Shown here piece by piece: positions 1 to 10,140 of a stretch of DNA of 32,000 nucleotides; within the stretch, counting starts at the first letter, position 1, and every line of letters begins with the position of its first letter. The translations under genes were made by a program, and so were the position numbers. The notes beneath the pieces were generated by a model. It saw only the letters and a program-made list of their open reading frames with translations. It had not been told where the DNA came from and searched no databases. This stretch comes from Bifidobacterium longum subsp. longum JCM 1217. Lineage in GTDB: Bacteria; Actinomycetota; Actinomycetes; Actinomycetales; Bifidobacteriaceae. The stretch is taken from NCBI RefSeq assembly GCF_000196555.1, contig NC_015067.1, forward strand, positions 330,001-362,000, in the 5' to 3' direction.

Positions 1-369
1 CGCGAGGTGTTCTCTGGCAAGACCCTGAACAAGGTCACCATGAGGCTCGCCGAACACGCCACTTGCAACCTGCGCCGCCGCCGCTACTTGGAGACCATCC
101 AGTGGCTGATCAACAAGTTCTCCCGCCACATGGGCGAGTCGATGGTCACCGTGACCACCGCCACCCCGCTGAAGAAGGAGCAGATCAAGCGACTGGTCGA
201 GGTCTACTCCGCCAAGGTGGGCCGTCAGGTGCACATCAACTCGGTGGTCGACCCGACCGTGCTGGGTGGCATGCGCATCCAGGTGGGCGACGAAGTCACG
301 GACAACACCGTGGTCGCACAGCTGCAGAACTTGCATCGCAAGGTGCAGACGGAGGCGACTCCGGCCTGA
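1..369 (+). CDS. atpH: F0F1 ATP synthase subunit delta (OSCP), C-terminal part; the 5' end lies outside the window
   Basis: Frame 1 is open from base 1 to the TGA at 367-369. The C-terminal sequence ...VLGGMRIQVGDEVTDNTVVAQL... is typical of delta/OSCP. It lies directly upstream of atpA-G-D-C. Confidence 0.88.
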   Translation, partial: REVFSGKTLNKVTMRLAEHATCNLRRRRYLETIQWLINKFSRHMGESMVTVTTATPLKKEQIKRLVEVYSAKVGRQVHINSVVDPTVLGGMRIQVGDEVTDNTVVAQLQNLHRKVQTEATPA

Positions 370-444
370 CCGGCCGAGCCAATCCGTCCAACACCACACA
401 CAAGCAAAGACTTGACTGAACAATAACCAATAGAAGGAGTGATC

Positions 445-2076
445 ATGGCAGAACTGACCATCGATCCCGCCTCGATTCGCAAGGCCCTCGACGACTTCGT
501 GTCGTCGTACAAGCCGAGCGACACCCCCACCCAGGAAGTGGGCTATGTCGCCACGGCCGGTGACGGCATTGCACACGTGACGGGATTGCCTGGTTGCATG
601 GCCAATGAGCTGCTGACGTTCGAAGACGGCACGCTCGGCCTGGCGTTCAACCTTGACGCCCGTGAGATCGGCGTGGTGATCCTCGGCGATTTCGCTGGAA
701 TTGAGGAAGGCCAGGAAGTGCGACGCACCGGCGAAGTGCTTTCCGTGCCCGTCGGCGACGGCTATCTCGGCCGCGTCGTGGACCCGCTGGGCAAGCCGCT
801 CGACGGCCTCGGCGAGATCCAGGGCATTGAGGGTCGTCGTATCCTCGAAGCCCAGGCCCCCGACGTGATGCACCGCCACCCGGTCGACGAGCCGCTGTCC
901 ACCGGCCTCAAGGCCATCGACGCGATGACCCCGATCGGCCGCGGCCAGCGCCAGCTCATCATCGGCGACCGCCAGACCGGTAAGACCGCCATCGCGATCG
1001 ATACCATCATCAACCAGAAGGCCAACTGGGAATCCGGCGACCCGAAGAAGCAGGTCCGCTGCATCTACGTGGCCATCGGCCAGAAGGGCTCCACCATCGC
1101 CTCGGTGAAGCAGAGCCTGGAAGACGCCGGCGCCATGGAGTACACCACCATCGTGGCCTCCCCGGCAGCCGATTCCGCTGGCTTCAAGTACATCGCCCCG
1201 TACACCGGCTCGGCCATCGGCCAGCACTGGATGTACAACGGCAAGCATGTGCTCATCGTCTTCGATGACTTGTCCAAGCAGGCAGAGGCCTATCGTTCGA
1301 TTTCCCTGCTGCTGCGCCGCCCGCCGGGGCGTGAAGCCTACCCGGGTGATGTGTTCTACCTGCACTCCCGCCTGCTCGAACGTTGCGCCAAGGTCTCCGA
1401 TGACCTGGGCGGCGGTTCGATGACGGGTCTGCCGATCGTCGAGACCAAGGCGAACGATGTGTCCGCCTACATCCCGACCAACGTGATCTCCATCACTGAC
1501 GGCCAGATCTTCCTGCAGTCCGATCTGTTCAACGCCAACCAGCGCCCCGCCGTGGACGTCGGTATCTCCGTCTCTCGAGTCGGTGGCGCCGCACAGACCA
1601 AGGCTCTGAAGAAGGTCTCCGGTACGCTGAAGATCTCCCTGGCACAGTACCGTTCGCTGGAATCCTTCGCCATGTTCGCCTCCGATCTGGATGCGGCTTC
1701 CAAGGCCCAGCTGACCCGTGGTGCCCACCTGACCGAGCTGTTGAAGCAGCCGCAGTTCCACCCGTACTCGCCGGAACAGGAAGTCGTGTCCGTATGGACC
1801 GGCACCCACGGCAAGCTCGACGACCTCGACCTGAAGGACGTCCTTCCGTTCGAGCAGGGACTGCTGGACTACATCGACCACAACACCGATATCCTCAAGA
1901 CCATTCGCGAGACCGAGGAATTCACCGCCGACACCGAGGCTGCCCTCGATAAGGCCGTGGACGAGTTCCGTTCGACGTTCGTCTCTTCCGCCGGCAAGCC
2001 GCTGGTCGAGAAGAAGCCGGACGTTGACAAGGCCGCGCCGGTCGATCAGGAAAAGATCGTGGCGGGAGAAAAGTAA
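445..2076 (+). CDS. atpA: F0F1 ATP synthase subunit alpha
   Basis: Walker A motif GDRQTGKT and strong overall alpha-subunit similarity. The ATG at 445 is preferred over the GTG at 439 because GAAGGAG lies 6-12 nt upstream. Confidence 0.97.
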   Translation: MAELTIDPASIRKALDDFVSSYKPSDTPTQEVGYVATAGDGIAHVTGLPGCMANELLTFEDGTLGLAFNLDAREIGVVILGDFAGIEEGQEVRRTGEVLSVPVGDGYLGRVVDPLGKPLDGLGEIQGIEGRRILEAQAPDVMHRHPVDEPLSTGLKAIDAMTPIGRGQRQLIIGDRQTGKTAIAIDTIINQKANWESGDPKKQVRCIYVAIGQKGSTIASVKQSLEDAGAMEYTTIVASPAADSAGFKYIAPYTGSAIGQHWMYNGKHVLIVFDDLSKQAEAYRSISLLLRRPPGREAYPGDVFYLHSRLLERCAKVSDDLGGGSMTGLPIVETKANDVSAYIPTNVISITDGQIFLQSDLFNANQRPAVDVGISVSRVGGAAQTKALKKVSGTLKISLAQYRSLESFAMFASDLDAASKAQLTRGAHLTELLKQPQFHPYSPEQEVVSVWTGTHGKLDDLDLKDVLPFEQGLLDYIDHNTDILKTIRETEEFTADTEAALDKAVDEFRSTFVSSAGKPLVEKKPDVDKAAPVDQEKIVAGEK

Positions 2077-2079
2077 GCC

Positions 2080-4483
<2,404 letters not shown>

Positions 4484-4484
<1 letters not shown>

Positions 4485-4777
4485 TGGCTGCGGAAAAAAC
4501 CACGATGAAGGTCAACATCGTCGCCGCTGACCACCCTGTGTGGCACGGCGAGGCGACGAGCGTGACCATTCCCGCCTCTGAGGGCGGCATGGGCATCCTG
4601 CCCGACCATGAGCCTGTGCTCACGGTGATCAAGCAGGGTACGCTCACCGTGGTTGAGCCCGATGGCGATCGCCACATGTTCGAGGTGACCGACGGATTCA
4701 TTTCCTTCGACTCGAACAAACTCACCGTGGCGGTCGAGCGCGGCCACGACGTCCAGTACTCCGGCACCGCCGAGTGA
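4484..4777 (+). CDS. atpC: F0F1 ATP synthase subunit epsilon
   Basis: The ATG at 4484 overlaps the atpD TGA by 1 nt (GTGATGG), which suggests translational coupling. The product is a 97-aa epsilon-like sequence (MKVNIVAAD..VWHGEA...). The upstream GTG at 4451 would lie inside atpD. Confidence 0.9.
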
Positions 4778-4795
4778 CCTGAACCAACTCCTTAA

Positions 4796-4827
4796 GGGGC
4801 TCTCTGGTTTTCCAGAGAGCCCCTTTT
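4796..4827 (+). terminator. Intrinsic terminator of the atp operon
   Basis: GGGGCTCTCTGG (4796-4807), loop TTTT, CCAGAGAGCCCC (4812-4823), then TTTT. The 12-bp stem is perfect. Confidence 0.85.
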
Positions 4828-4856
4828 GCTATGTATGCCATGTGTTGCGCTACAGT
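4826..4856 (+). promoter_or_regulatory. Candidate nucS promoter (TTGCTA, 19-nt spacer, TACAGT). The -10 element ends 8 nt before the ATG, so the mRNA may be leaderless.
   Basis: TACAGT at 4851-4856. There is no Shine-Dalgarno sequence before the ATG at 4865. The -35 match is weak. Confidence 0.3.
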
Positions 4857-4864
4857 GGTGGCCT

Positions 4865-5635
4865 ATGCGAGTTATTGTTGCCGACTGTTCGGCCGAGTAT
4901 TCGGGCCGCCTCAACGCCTCACTGCCCCTGGCCAAGCGCGTATTGCTGATCAAGGCCGATTCCAGCCTGTTGATTTTCTCCGAATTGGGCTCCTACAAGC
5001 CGCTGAACTGGATGACCGCGCCCTGCACGATTCGTGAGATCGACCCAGCCGCCAAATCCGCGCAACATTCCCGGGAAAGTGTCGCTGGTGGGGCTGTGGA
5101 TGGTGATTCTGCGACGCATTCCCCGGAAAGTGTCGCCGCTGGTGAGCCGGAAAAGGTGCTACGTGTCAGCGCCGACAAGGGTTCGGACATTCTTGAAGTG
5201 ACGCTGCAGCATATCTATTCCGACCAAACCTATGATCTGGGCGAAGATCCGGGTCTCATCAAGGATGGCGTGGAAGACCATCTGCAGCGCTATCTGGCCG
5301 AGCAAATCGAGCGTATCGGCAAGGGAGCCAAGCTGGTGCGTCGCGAATACCCGACCGCCATTGGCCCAGTGGATATTATGGCCGTGAATGCCGAGGGCGA
5401 GCATGTGGCTGTGGAAATCAAACGTCACGGCGGCATTGATGGCGTCGAGCAGCTGACTCGCTACTGCGAACTGCTCAATCGAGATCCGCTGCTGGCCCCG
5501 GTGCACGGCATCTTCGCCGCACAAACCATCACGCCGCAAGCCCAGGTCTTGGCCAAAGACCGCGGCTTCACCTGCCTCATCCTCGATTACGACGATATGA
5601 AAGGCACCGAGGACGACAGTCTCAGGCTGTTCTAG
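4865..5635 (+). CDS. nucS: Endonuclease NucS / EndoMS (non-canonical mismatch repair nuclease), carrying an insertion of about 30 aa
   Basis: The N-terminus MRVIVADCSAEYSGRL..., YKPLNWM, the RecB-like C-terminal half (REYPTAIGPVDIMAV...VAVEIKR...GVEQLTRY) and the C-terminal ...LRLF are all typical of actinobacterial NucS. The start is placed at the ATG at 4865, not the track start at 4826. Confidence 0.9.
   Translation: MRVIVADCSAEYSGRLNASLPLAKRVLLIKADSSLLIFSELGSYKPLNWMTAPCTIREIDPAAKSAQHSRESVAGGAVDGDSATHSPESVAAGEPEKVLRVSADKGSDILEVTLQHIYSDQTYDLGEDPGLIKDGVEDHLQRYLAEQIERIGKGAKLVRREYPTAIGPVDIMAVNAEGEHVAVEIKRHGGIDGVEQLTRYCELLNRDPLLAPVHGIFAAQTITPQAQVLAKDRGFTCLILDYDDMKGTEDDSLRLF
5060..5136 (+). repeat. 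Composite palindromic repeat (two 26-bp imperfect palindromes plus a 25-nt G/T-rich spacer) inside nucS
   Basis: 5060-5085 is GCGCAACATTCCCGGGAAAGTGTCGC and 5111-5136 is GCGACGCATTCCCCGGAAAGTGTCGC. The same architecture occurs at 11771-11848. Confidence 0.8.
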
Positions 5636-5682
5636 ATATAGCAGGGGCTCCCTCATCAGAGGGAGCCCCTGCTATATCTTTT
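5636..5682. terminator. Bidirectional terminator hairpin between the convergent nucS and FKBP genes
   Basis: A perfect 19-bp stem: ATATAGCAGGGGCTCCCTC (5636-5654), loop ATCA, GAGGGAGCCCCTGCTATAT (5659-5677), followed by CTTTT. Confidence 0.85.
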
Positions 5683-6670
5683 AGTACGCGGCGAGAATAT
5701 CGATTACGAAGACCAACGTGGAGTTGGCGGGAATCGGACCTTGCTCCTTATCTCCATAGGCCTGATCCGGCGGAATCACCAGCAGAACCTGAGAGCCGAC
5801 GGTCTGGCCGACCAGACCCTTCTGCCAGCCCTCGATAACCTGATGCTGGCCGCTGGAATCGCTGAACAGATCGGCGTCGATTGTGGAATCGCGATCCCAG
5901 GACGAATCGAACTGCTTGCCATTCGTAAGCCAACCGGTGTACTTGACCACCACGGTGTTCTTGTCGGTCAGCTTGGCGCCGTTACCCTTGATCAGCGTCT
6001 GCGAGATCAGCGAATCAACCGAACCCTGACCGTTCATGTCGATGGACGGCTCGCCGTTTTTGGCTCGCGTCACCTTCGGCAGATTGGCCGGCACATCCTT
6101 GACTTCCTCGCCAGTGGCCTTCTCCAAGTCCTTGGACTTGGACACAAACGTCATCGCCAGAATGTAAGAGTACCCGGACGAATCCTGAGCGTTGACGCCA
6201 AAGCCAATCGTGGTGTTGATCTTGGCACCCTTGATCTGGTTGTAGTAGGTCGAGGAGAGGGTCTTGGAATCCACCTTCAGCGAGCAATCCGGCGTGTTCT
6301 TGGTCCAGGTGTCCATGAGCTCGGTTCCGTCTTTAACGTTGAGCGCGATGCCTTGGGCGCAGACGCGGTCGCCCTCCTCGATCACGTCGCCATCGCCCTT
6401 CTGCAGCACCACATAAGAGCCGTCGGACACGGTCATCGGCGTATTAAAGGAGATGGTCGGCTTCTCGCCGAGCTTGCCCTTGGCGGTCACGCCGGCAATT
6501 TGGCCCTTCTTGTCAGAAGAGTCGGAAGATGAAGAGGAATCGGAAGAAGAGGATTTCGAGTCCGAGCTCGAACTGGAGCAGGCAGCCAGCGACACGCACA
6601 TCGCCAGCGAGCAGGCAAGGGCAACGGCCTTGCCGAGGGGGGATAACATAGACTTAACAGACTTACGCAT
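5681..6670 (-). CDS. FKBP-type peptidyl-prolyl cis-trans isomerase, lipoprotein
   Basis: Signal peptide with lipobox SLAAC, then a Ser/Asp-rich linker. The C-terminal FKBP domain reads VVVKYTGWLTNGKQFDSSWDR...VIEGWQKGLVGQTVGSQVLLVIPPDQAYG. Confidence 0.85.
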   Translation of the reverse strand: MRKSVKSMLSPLGKAVALACSLAMCVSLAACSSSSSDSKSSSSDSSSSSDSSDKKGQIAGVTAKGKLGEKPTISFNTPMTVSDGSYVVLQKGDGDVIEEGDRVCAQGIALNVKDGTELMDTWTKNTPDCSLKVDSKTLSSTYYNQIKGAKINTTIGFGVNAQDSSGYSYILAMTFVSKSKDLEKATGEEVKDVPANLPKVTRAKNGEPSIDMNGQGSVDSLISQTLIKGNGAKLTDKNTVVVKYTGWLTNGKQFDSSWDRDSTIDADLFSDSSGQHQVIEGWQKGLVGQTVGSQVLLVIPPDQAYGDKEQGPIPANSTLVFVIDILAAY

Positions 6671-6735
6671 GACACATCACCCTACTGGTAAACCTTGATT
6701 TTCTGCGCTCCTAGGTAATAAACAGGTGAAGATTG

Positions 6736-6741
6736 TAGAAT
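6736..6741 (+). promoter_or_regulatory. Candidate -10 element (TAGAAT) 9 nt upstream of the ATG at 6751; the transcript may be leaderless
   Basis: TAGAAT at 6736-6741 with TG immediately 5'. No SD sequence precedes the start codon. Confidence 0.3.
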
Positions 6742-6750
6742 GGTTGAGTT

Positions 6751-7830
6751 ATGAGTGCTGAAGAACAGACTACAAGACCGGATAAGGGCGCCAAGCGTCC
6801 ATCCCGTCATGCCAAAATCATGCGTGGAGTGGTGACGCCTATCTTCGGACTATTGGCCGTGGCGGCTGTGGTGTTGGGGTACATGAATGCCACGATGTGG
6901 AAGCCCTCCACTGAAATCACCGCTTCCGCAACCATGAGCGGCTCCCGGTATGTCGTCACTGATCCGAATGTGCTGACCTTGTTGGATCAGAATGCCACGA
7001 TAACCGTGGACTCGGGATCCTCTCAGGACGAGGCGTGCGTGGCGTTGGGTTCGTCCAAGGATGTTGCCGGATGGGTCGCGTCCGAGAAGTCCTATACCCG
7101 CATCACCGGATTGGCATCATGGAGCGAGCTGAGCACCCAGAAGGGAAGCAGCACGAGTCAGGGAGCGCCTACCAGTGCCGATGACGCGGTGTCGTTCAAG
7201 GATTCCGATATGTGGACTGCCGTGAAATGCGGCACTGGGTCCGTTTCGCTGAAGAGCAAGAAGACCGGCGCCTCGACGGTAGCCATTGTGGATTTGGGCG
7301 AAAATGTCACCAACGCCAAGGTGCAGCTGCACTGGGTGCGCTCCGAAGTGCCGGACTTTGCGATGCCGTTCTATCTGTCCGGCGGATTGCTGGCCGTGCT
7401 GGCCGTACTGTGCGCCTCCGTGTTCGCCATGCCGCCGCATAAGCGCCGCAAGCGCATGGTGGAAGGCATGGCAAGCGCCGTAATCGAGGAAGAGGCACCC
7501 GCCAGCATCGCAGTGTCCGGGAAGCCGGATGGTGCAAGTCGACGTAATCGTCGCCGTCACGCCACACATCGGCGTTCGGGCCGTGCGTCCTCGCAATCCT
7601 CGCAATCTGAAGCCACCGAAACACCGGTTATCATCGACCCAAGTTCGCGTAACCTGGTCGCCGACCAGCAGACCGGTGCCGAAAGCGGCGCTGAGCCCGG
7701 CCTCAGCGCCGGCGATAACGAATCGACTTCGGTAATCACCCCTGACGAACTGCAGGCCTACTTCTCCCGCTTGGCCCAAGAGGTCAATACCGGAGACGAC
7801 TCGGCCGATGACGGACAGGAGGAAAGCTGA
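6751..7830 (+). CDS. Hypothetical membrane protein with two predicted TM helices flanking an extracytoplasmic domain of about 190 aa, and a charged disordered C-terminal tail
   Basis: 359-aa ORF. Hydrophobic segments are VVTPIFGLLAVAAVVLGYM and FYLSGGLLAVLAVLCASVFAM. I recognise no domain. Codon usage looks gene-like. Confidence 0.7.
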   Translation: MSAEEQTTRPDKGAKRPSRHAKIMRGVVTPIFGLLAVAAVVLGYMNATMWKPSTEITASATMSGSRYVVTDPNVLTLLDQNATITVDSGSSQDEACVALGSSKDVAGWVASEKSYTRITGLASWSELSTQKGSSTSQGAPTSADDAVSFKDSDMWTAVKCGTGSVSLKSKKTGASTVAIVDLGENVTNAKVQLHWVRSEVPDFAMPFYLSGGLLAVLAVLCASVFAMPPHKRRKRMVEGMASAVIEEEAPASIAVSGKPDGASRRNRRRHATHRRSGRASSQSSQSEATETPVIIDPSSRNLVADQQTGAESGAEPGLSAGDNESTSVITPDELQAYFSRLAQEVNTGDDSADDGQEES

Positions 7831-8837
7831 TGAACAAGCGATGGAACAAACTGTGTGTGTCCGCCCTCGCCTGCATGGCGTTGGTCGTGCCGTTGACCGC
7901 CTGTGAAGGCCAACTGCCGACGCCGGCTGCTGATACCTCCACCAAGGTTGCGCCGGATTTGACCGAGGCGCAGGAGAAGAAGATTCGTCTGAAGATTCTC
8001 AAGACGATCGATGAAGCCGATCAGGCCAAGAATCCCGATGGGTATGCGACCGTTATGGGCGGGCCCCAGCTGGACATTCGCATCAGCCAGACCACGATCA
8101 ATCAGCGTGGCGGCGGTATGTCCGAATATGCGACCATTCCCAAGGACATCGCCCAGACGGTGATTCCTACGGACGACGGATGGCCTCGCTCGGTGTTCAC
8201 CATCACGACCACCACCGAAGATCAGCAGTCCAAGCGTTTGCTGGTCTTCGATCAGGAATCCGCCCAGCAGAATTACAAGCTGATGGCTATGGCTCGACTG
8301 TTTGAGGGCGCCAAGCTGCCGAAGTTCGAGATTCCGACTATTGGCTCGCAGATGGGCACCGCAAAGGATGAGAAGCTGGTGGCCGCTCCCGCCGATGCCT
8401 TGGCCCAATACGCCGATGTACTGCAGAACGGCTCCAAGAGCCAATACGCTTCCAAGTTCGCAGACGATTTGCTGCGCCAGGAACTGGCCAATACCACGGC
8501 CAAGGTGCAGGAAGGTATGCAACGCAACAACGGTACGCAGGAGCAAAAATTCACCGCTGTGCCTGAACAGATGTGGGTGATGCGTGCTGCAGACGGTGCC
8601 GGTGATCTGGTGGTTGGCCGTATTAACGGCGAATGGACTCGCAAGGCAGGGGATGGCCGCGAATCGCAGCCGGCTTCCGACGACGAGAAGGCGCTGTTCA
8701 ATAGCGACAAGTACACCAGCACCATGAAGGTCACGTATGTGAACGTGGTGGCCTTGTACATTCCGTTGGCAAGCTCCGGTGAGCAAATCACCGCCGTGGG
8801 TGCCGACCGTCAGCCGGTAAAGGTCGAAGCGCTGTAG
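7830..8837 (+). CDS. Hypothetical lipoprotein
   Basis: Signal peptide with lipobox PLTAC (MNKRWNKLCVSALACMALVVPLTACEG). The ATG overlaps the upstream TGA (TGATG). I recognise no domain. Confidence 0.75.
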   Translation: MNKRWNKLCVSALACMALVVPLTACEGQLPTPAADTSTKVAPDLTEAQEKKIRLKILKTIDEADQAKNPDGYATVMGGPQLDIRISQTTINQRGGGMSEYATIPKDIAQTVIPTDDGWPRSVFTITTTTEDQQSKRLLVFDQESAQQNYKLMAMARLFEGAKLPKFEIPTIGSQMGTAKDEKLVAAPADALAQYADVLQNGSKSQYASKFADDLLRQELANTTAKVQEGMQRNNGTQEQKFTAVPEQMWVMRAADGAGDLVVGRINGEWTRKAGDGRESQPASDDEKALFNSDKYTSTMKVTYVNVVALYIPLASSGEQITAVGADRQPVKVEAL

Positions 8838-8865
8838 TTGTTGCCGCCGCCCACCGCGCGGTTAA

Positions 8866-8957
8866 CGCCCCACCACGATATGATTCATCCACCACGATGT
8901 CGGTAAGTTTTACCTTTCGCACAATGGTGCCGTTTTGAGTCACATCGTGGTGGGCGT
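8866..8957. repeat. Inverted-repeat cluster of the CCACCACGAT motif, with two alternative 5' arms for one 3' arm
   Basis: CGCCCCACCACGAT (8866-8879) and CCACCACGATGT (8889-8900) are both complementary to ACATCGTGGTGGGCGT (8942-8957). The 3' arm is followed by TTTT. Confidence 0.6.
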
Positions 8958-8961
8958 TTTG

Positions 8962-9014
8962 CTACGTGGTGGGAATTTCACCGCGTAGTGGAAGAATCCC
9001 TACGTGGTGGGAAT
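8962..9014 (+). repeat. Direct repeats of about 19 bp: CTACGTGGTGGGAAT twice, with a decayed middle copy
   Basis: The perfect 15-mer CTACGTGGTGGGAAT occurs at 8962-8976 and 9000-9014. A degenerate copy, CGCGTAGTGGAAGAAT, lies at 8982-8997. The cluster ends 70 nt upstream of the next start codon. Confidence 0.7.
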
Positions 9015-9083
9015 CGGCATTACAATCAATGTCAGCAAATGTGATTGTTGTTGTACGCGAATCGCGTGGAATCGGGAGGCATT

Positions 9084-10058
9084 ATGGCAGAGCAGCAGTT
9101 CAATCCGGGAGTCTCATTGGCGGGCGCCGTCGATTTGGAGGCGCTGAAGCATCAGGTCAAGGCCAAGCCCGGCCAGGCGGGTGGCGCTCCTGCCGCTGGT
9201 GGGTACGTGATCGACACCACCGAAAACACCTTCCAGGCAATGGTGCAGACTTCTGCGACCTTCCCGATCCTGCTGCTCCTGTGGATACCGACCGATGACC
9301 GCCTGTTCCCGATGGCCCGTGCGTTGGGCGACGCGGTGAACGCCCTGAACGGCCAGATTCAGCTCTCCCGTATCGATATCTCGTCCAATCCTTCGATTGC
9401 CCAAGCGTTGCAGGTGCAGGGCGCGCCCGCACTGTTCGCGTTGATTGCCGGCCGTCCGATGCCGCTGTTGCAGGGCCTTCCGGGTGACGACGAGCTCAAG
9501 CAACTTACTGACGAGGTGATTCCGAAGATTATTGAGGCCGCCGCGCAGTCTGGTGTGAACGGTACCGCGCCGTACTCGGGTGATCCTGATTCCGATGCCG
9601 CCAAGAGCGCTGGTGCCACCGGTGCCGTCGCGGGTGCTGAGCAGGTGCCGCCGGAGCATGCCGAAGCCCATCGTTTGGCCGAGGAGGGCGATTACGCCGG
9701 TGCCGCCGCCGAATACGAGCGCGTGCTCGGATCCGACCCGTCCGATGCACTGGCTGCCCGCGAACGTGCGAAGGCGCTGTTGCTGGCCCGCTCCGGGTCC
9801 GCTGATGTACGTGACGTGCGTGCCGCTGCCGCCGCAGCGCCGGACGATGTGGAAGCGCAGTTGGCTGTGGCTGATATCGACATGATCGGTGGCCAGATTC
9901 AAGACGCTTTCGACCGTTTGCTGGACTTTTTGGCCGCCGGGCACAAGGCCGATATCGAGCAGGTTCGCAAGCGTCTGCTCGAATACTTCACCATCCCCGA
10001 ACCCACCGACCCGCGTCTGGCCCGCGCCCGCCGTCGCCTAGCCACCCTCATGTACTGA
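9084..10058 (+). CDS. Thioredoxin-fold plus TPR protein (YbbN/CnoX-like co-chaperone family) with no Cys residues
   Basis: The ATG at 9084 is preceded by GGGAGG. The N-terminal thioredoxin-like region (...TFPILLLLWIPTDDRL...APALFALIAGRP) lacks CXXC. The C-terminal half is Ala-rich, helical and TPR-like. Confidence 0.72.
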   Translation: MAEQQFNPGVSLAGAVDLEALKHQVKAKPGQAGGAPAAGGYVIDTTENTFQAMVQTSATFPILLLLWIPTDDRLFPMARALGDAVNALNGQIQLSRIDISSNPSIAQALQVQGAPALFALIAGRPMPLLQGLPGDDELKQLTDEVIPKIIEAAAQSGVNGTAPYSGDPDSDAAKSAGATGAVAGAEQVPPEHAEAHRLAEEGDYAGAAAEYERVLGSDPSDALAARERAKALLLARSGSADVRDVRAAAAAAPDDVEAQLAVADIDMIGGQIQDAFDRLLDFLAAGHKADIEQVRKRLLEYFTIPEPTDPRLARARRRLATLMY

Positions 10059-10066
10059 TTGGTTTT

Positions 10067-10115
10067 GGCTCCCCTCTTTGAGGGGAGCTGTCAGGCGTAG
10101 ATGACTGAGGGGAGC
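10067..10115. repeat. GGGGAGC-hairpin repeat element. The first hairpin probably also acts as a terminator for the flanking convergent genes.
   Basis: GGCTCCCCTC ttt GAGGGGAGCTG (10067-10090), then a third GAGGGGAGC at 10107-10115. The architecture closely matches that at 29633-29681. Confidence 0.7.
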
Positions 10116-10140
10116 GCGCGAGCGTACTTGATTGCTTCCC

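Noticed and set aside
4826-4864. Upstream extensions of track ORFs. Track starts are 439, 4451, 4826, 9045, 11702, 13988, 15407, 16471, 17334, 23581, 24352, 26071, 30737 and 31053.
   Set aside because: In each case a downstream ATG has a well-spaced SD sequence or a -10 element and matches the expected family N-terminus. The extension would overlap the upstream gene, a terminator or a repeat, or it encodes sequence that does not look like protein.
6520-6600. A Ser/Asp-rich low-complexity stretch (SSSSSDSKSSSSDSSSSSDSSDKK) in the FKBP lipoprotein, considered as a possible slippage-prone repeat
   Set aside because: The nucleotide sequence is not a perfect short tandem repeat. Such stretches are common flexible linkers after lipoprotein signal peptides.
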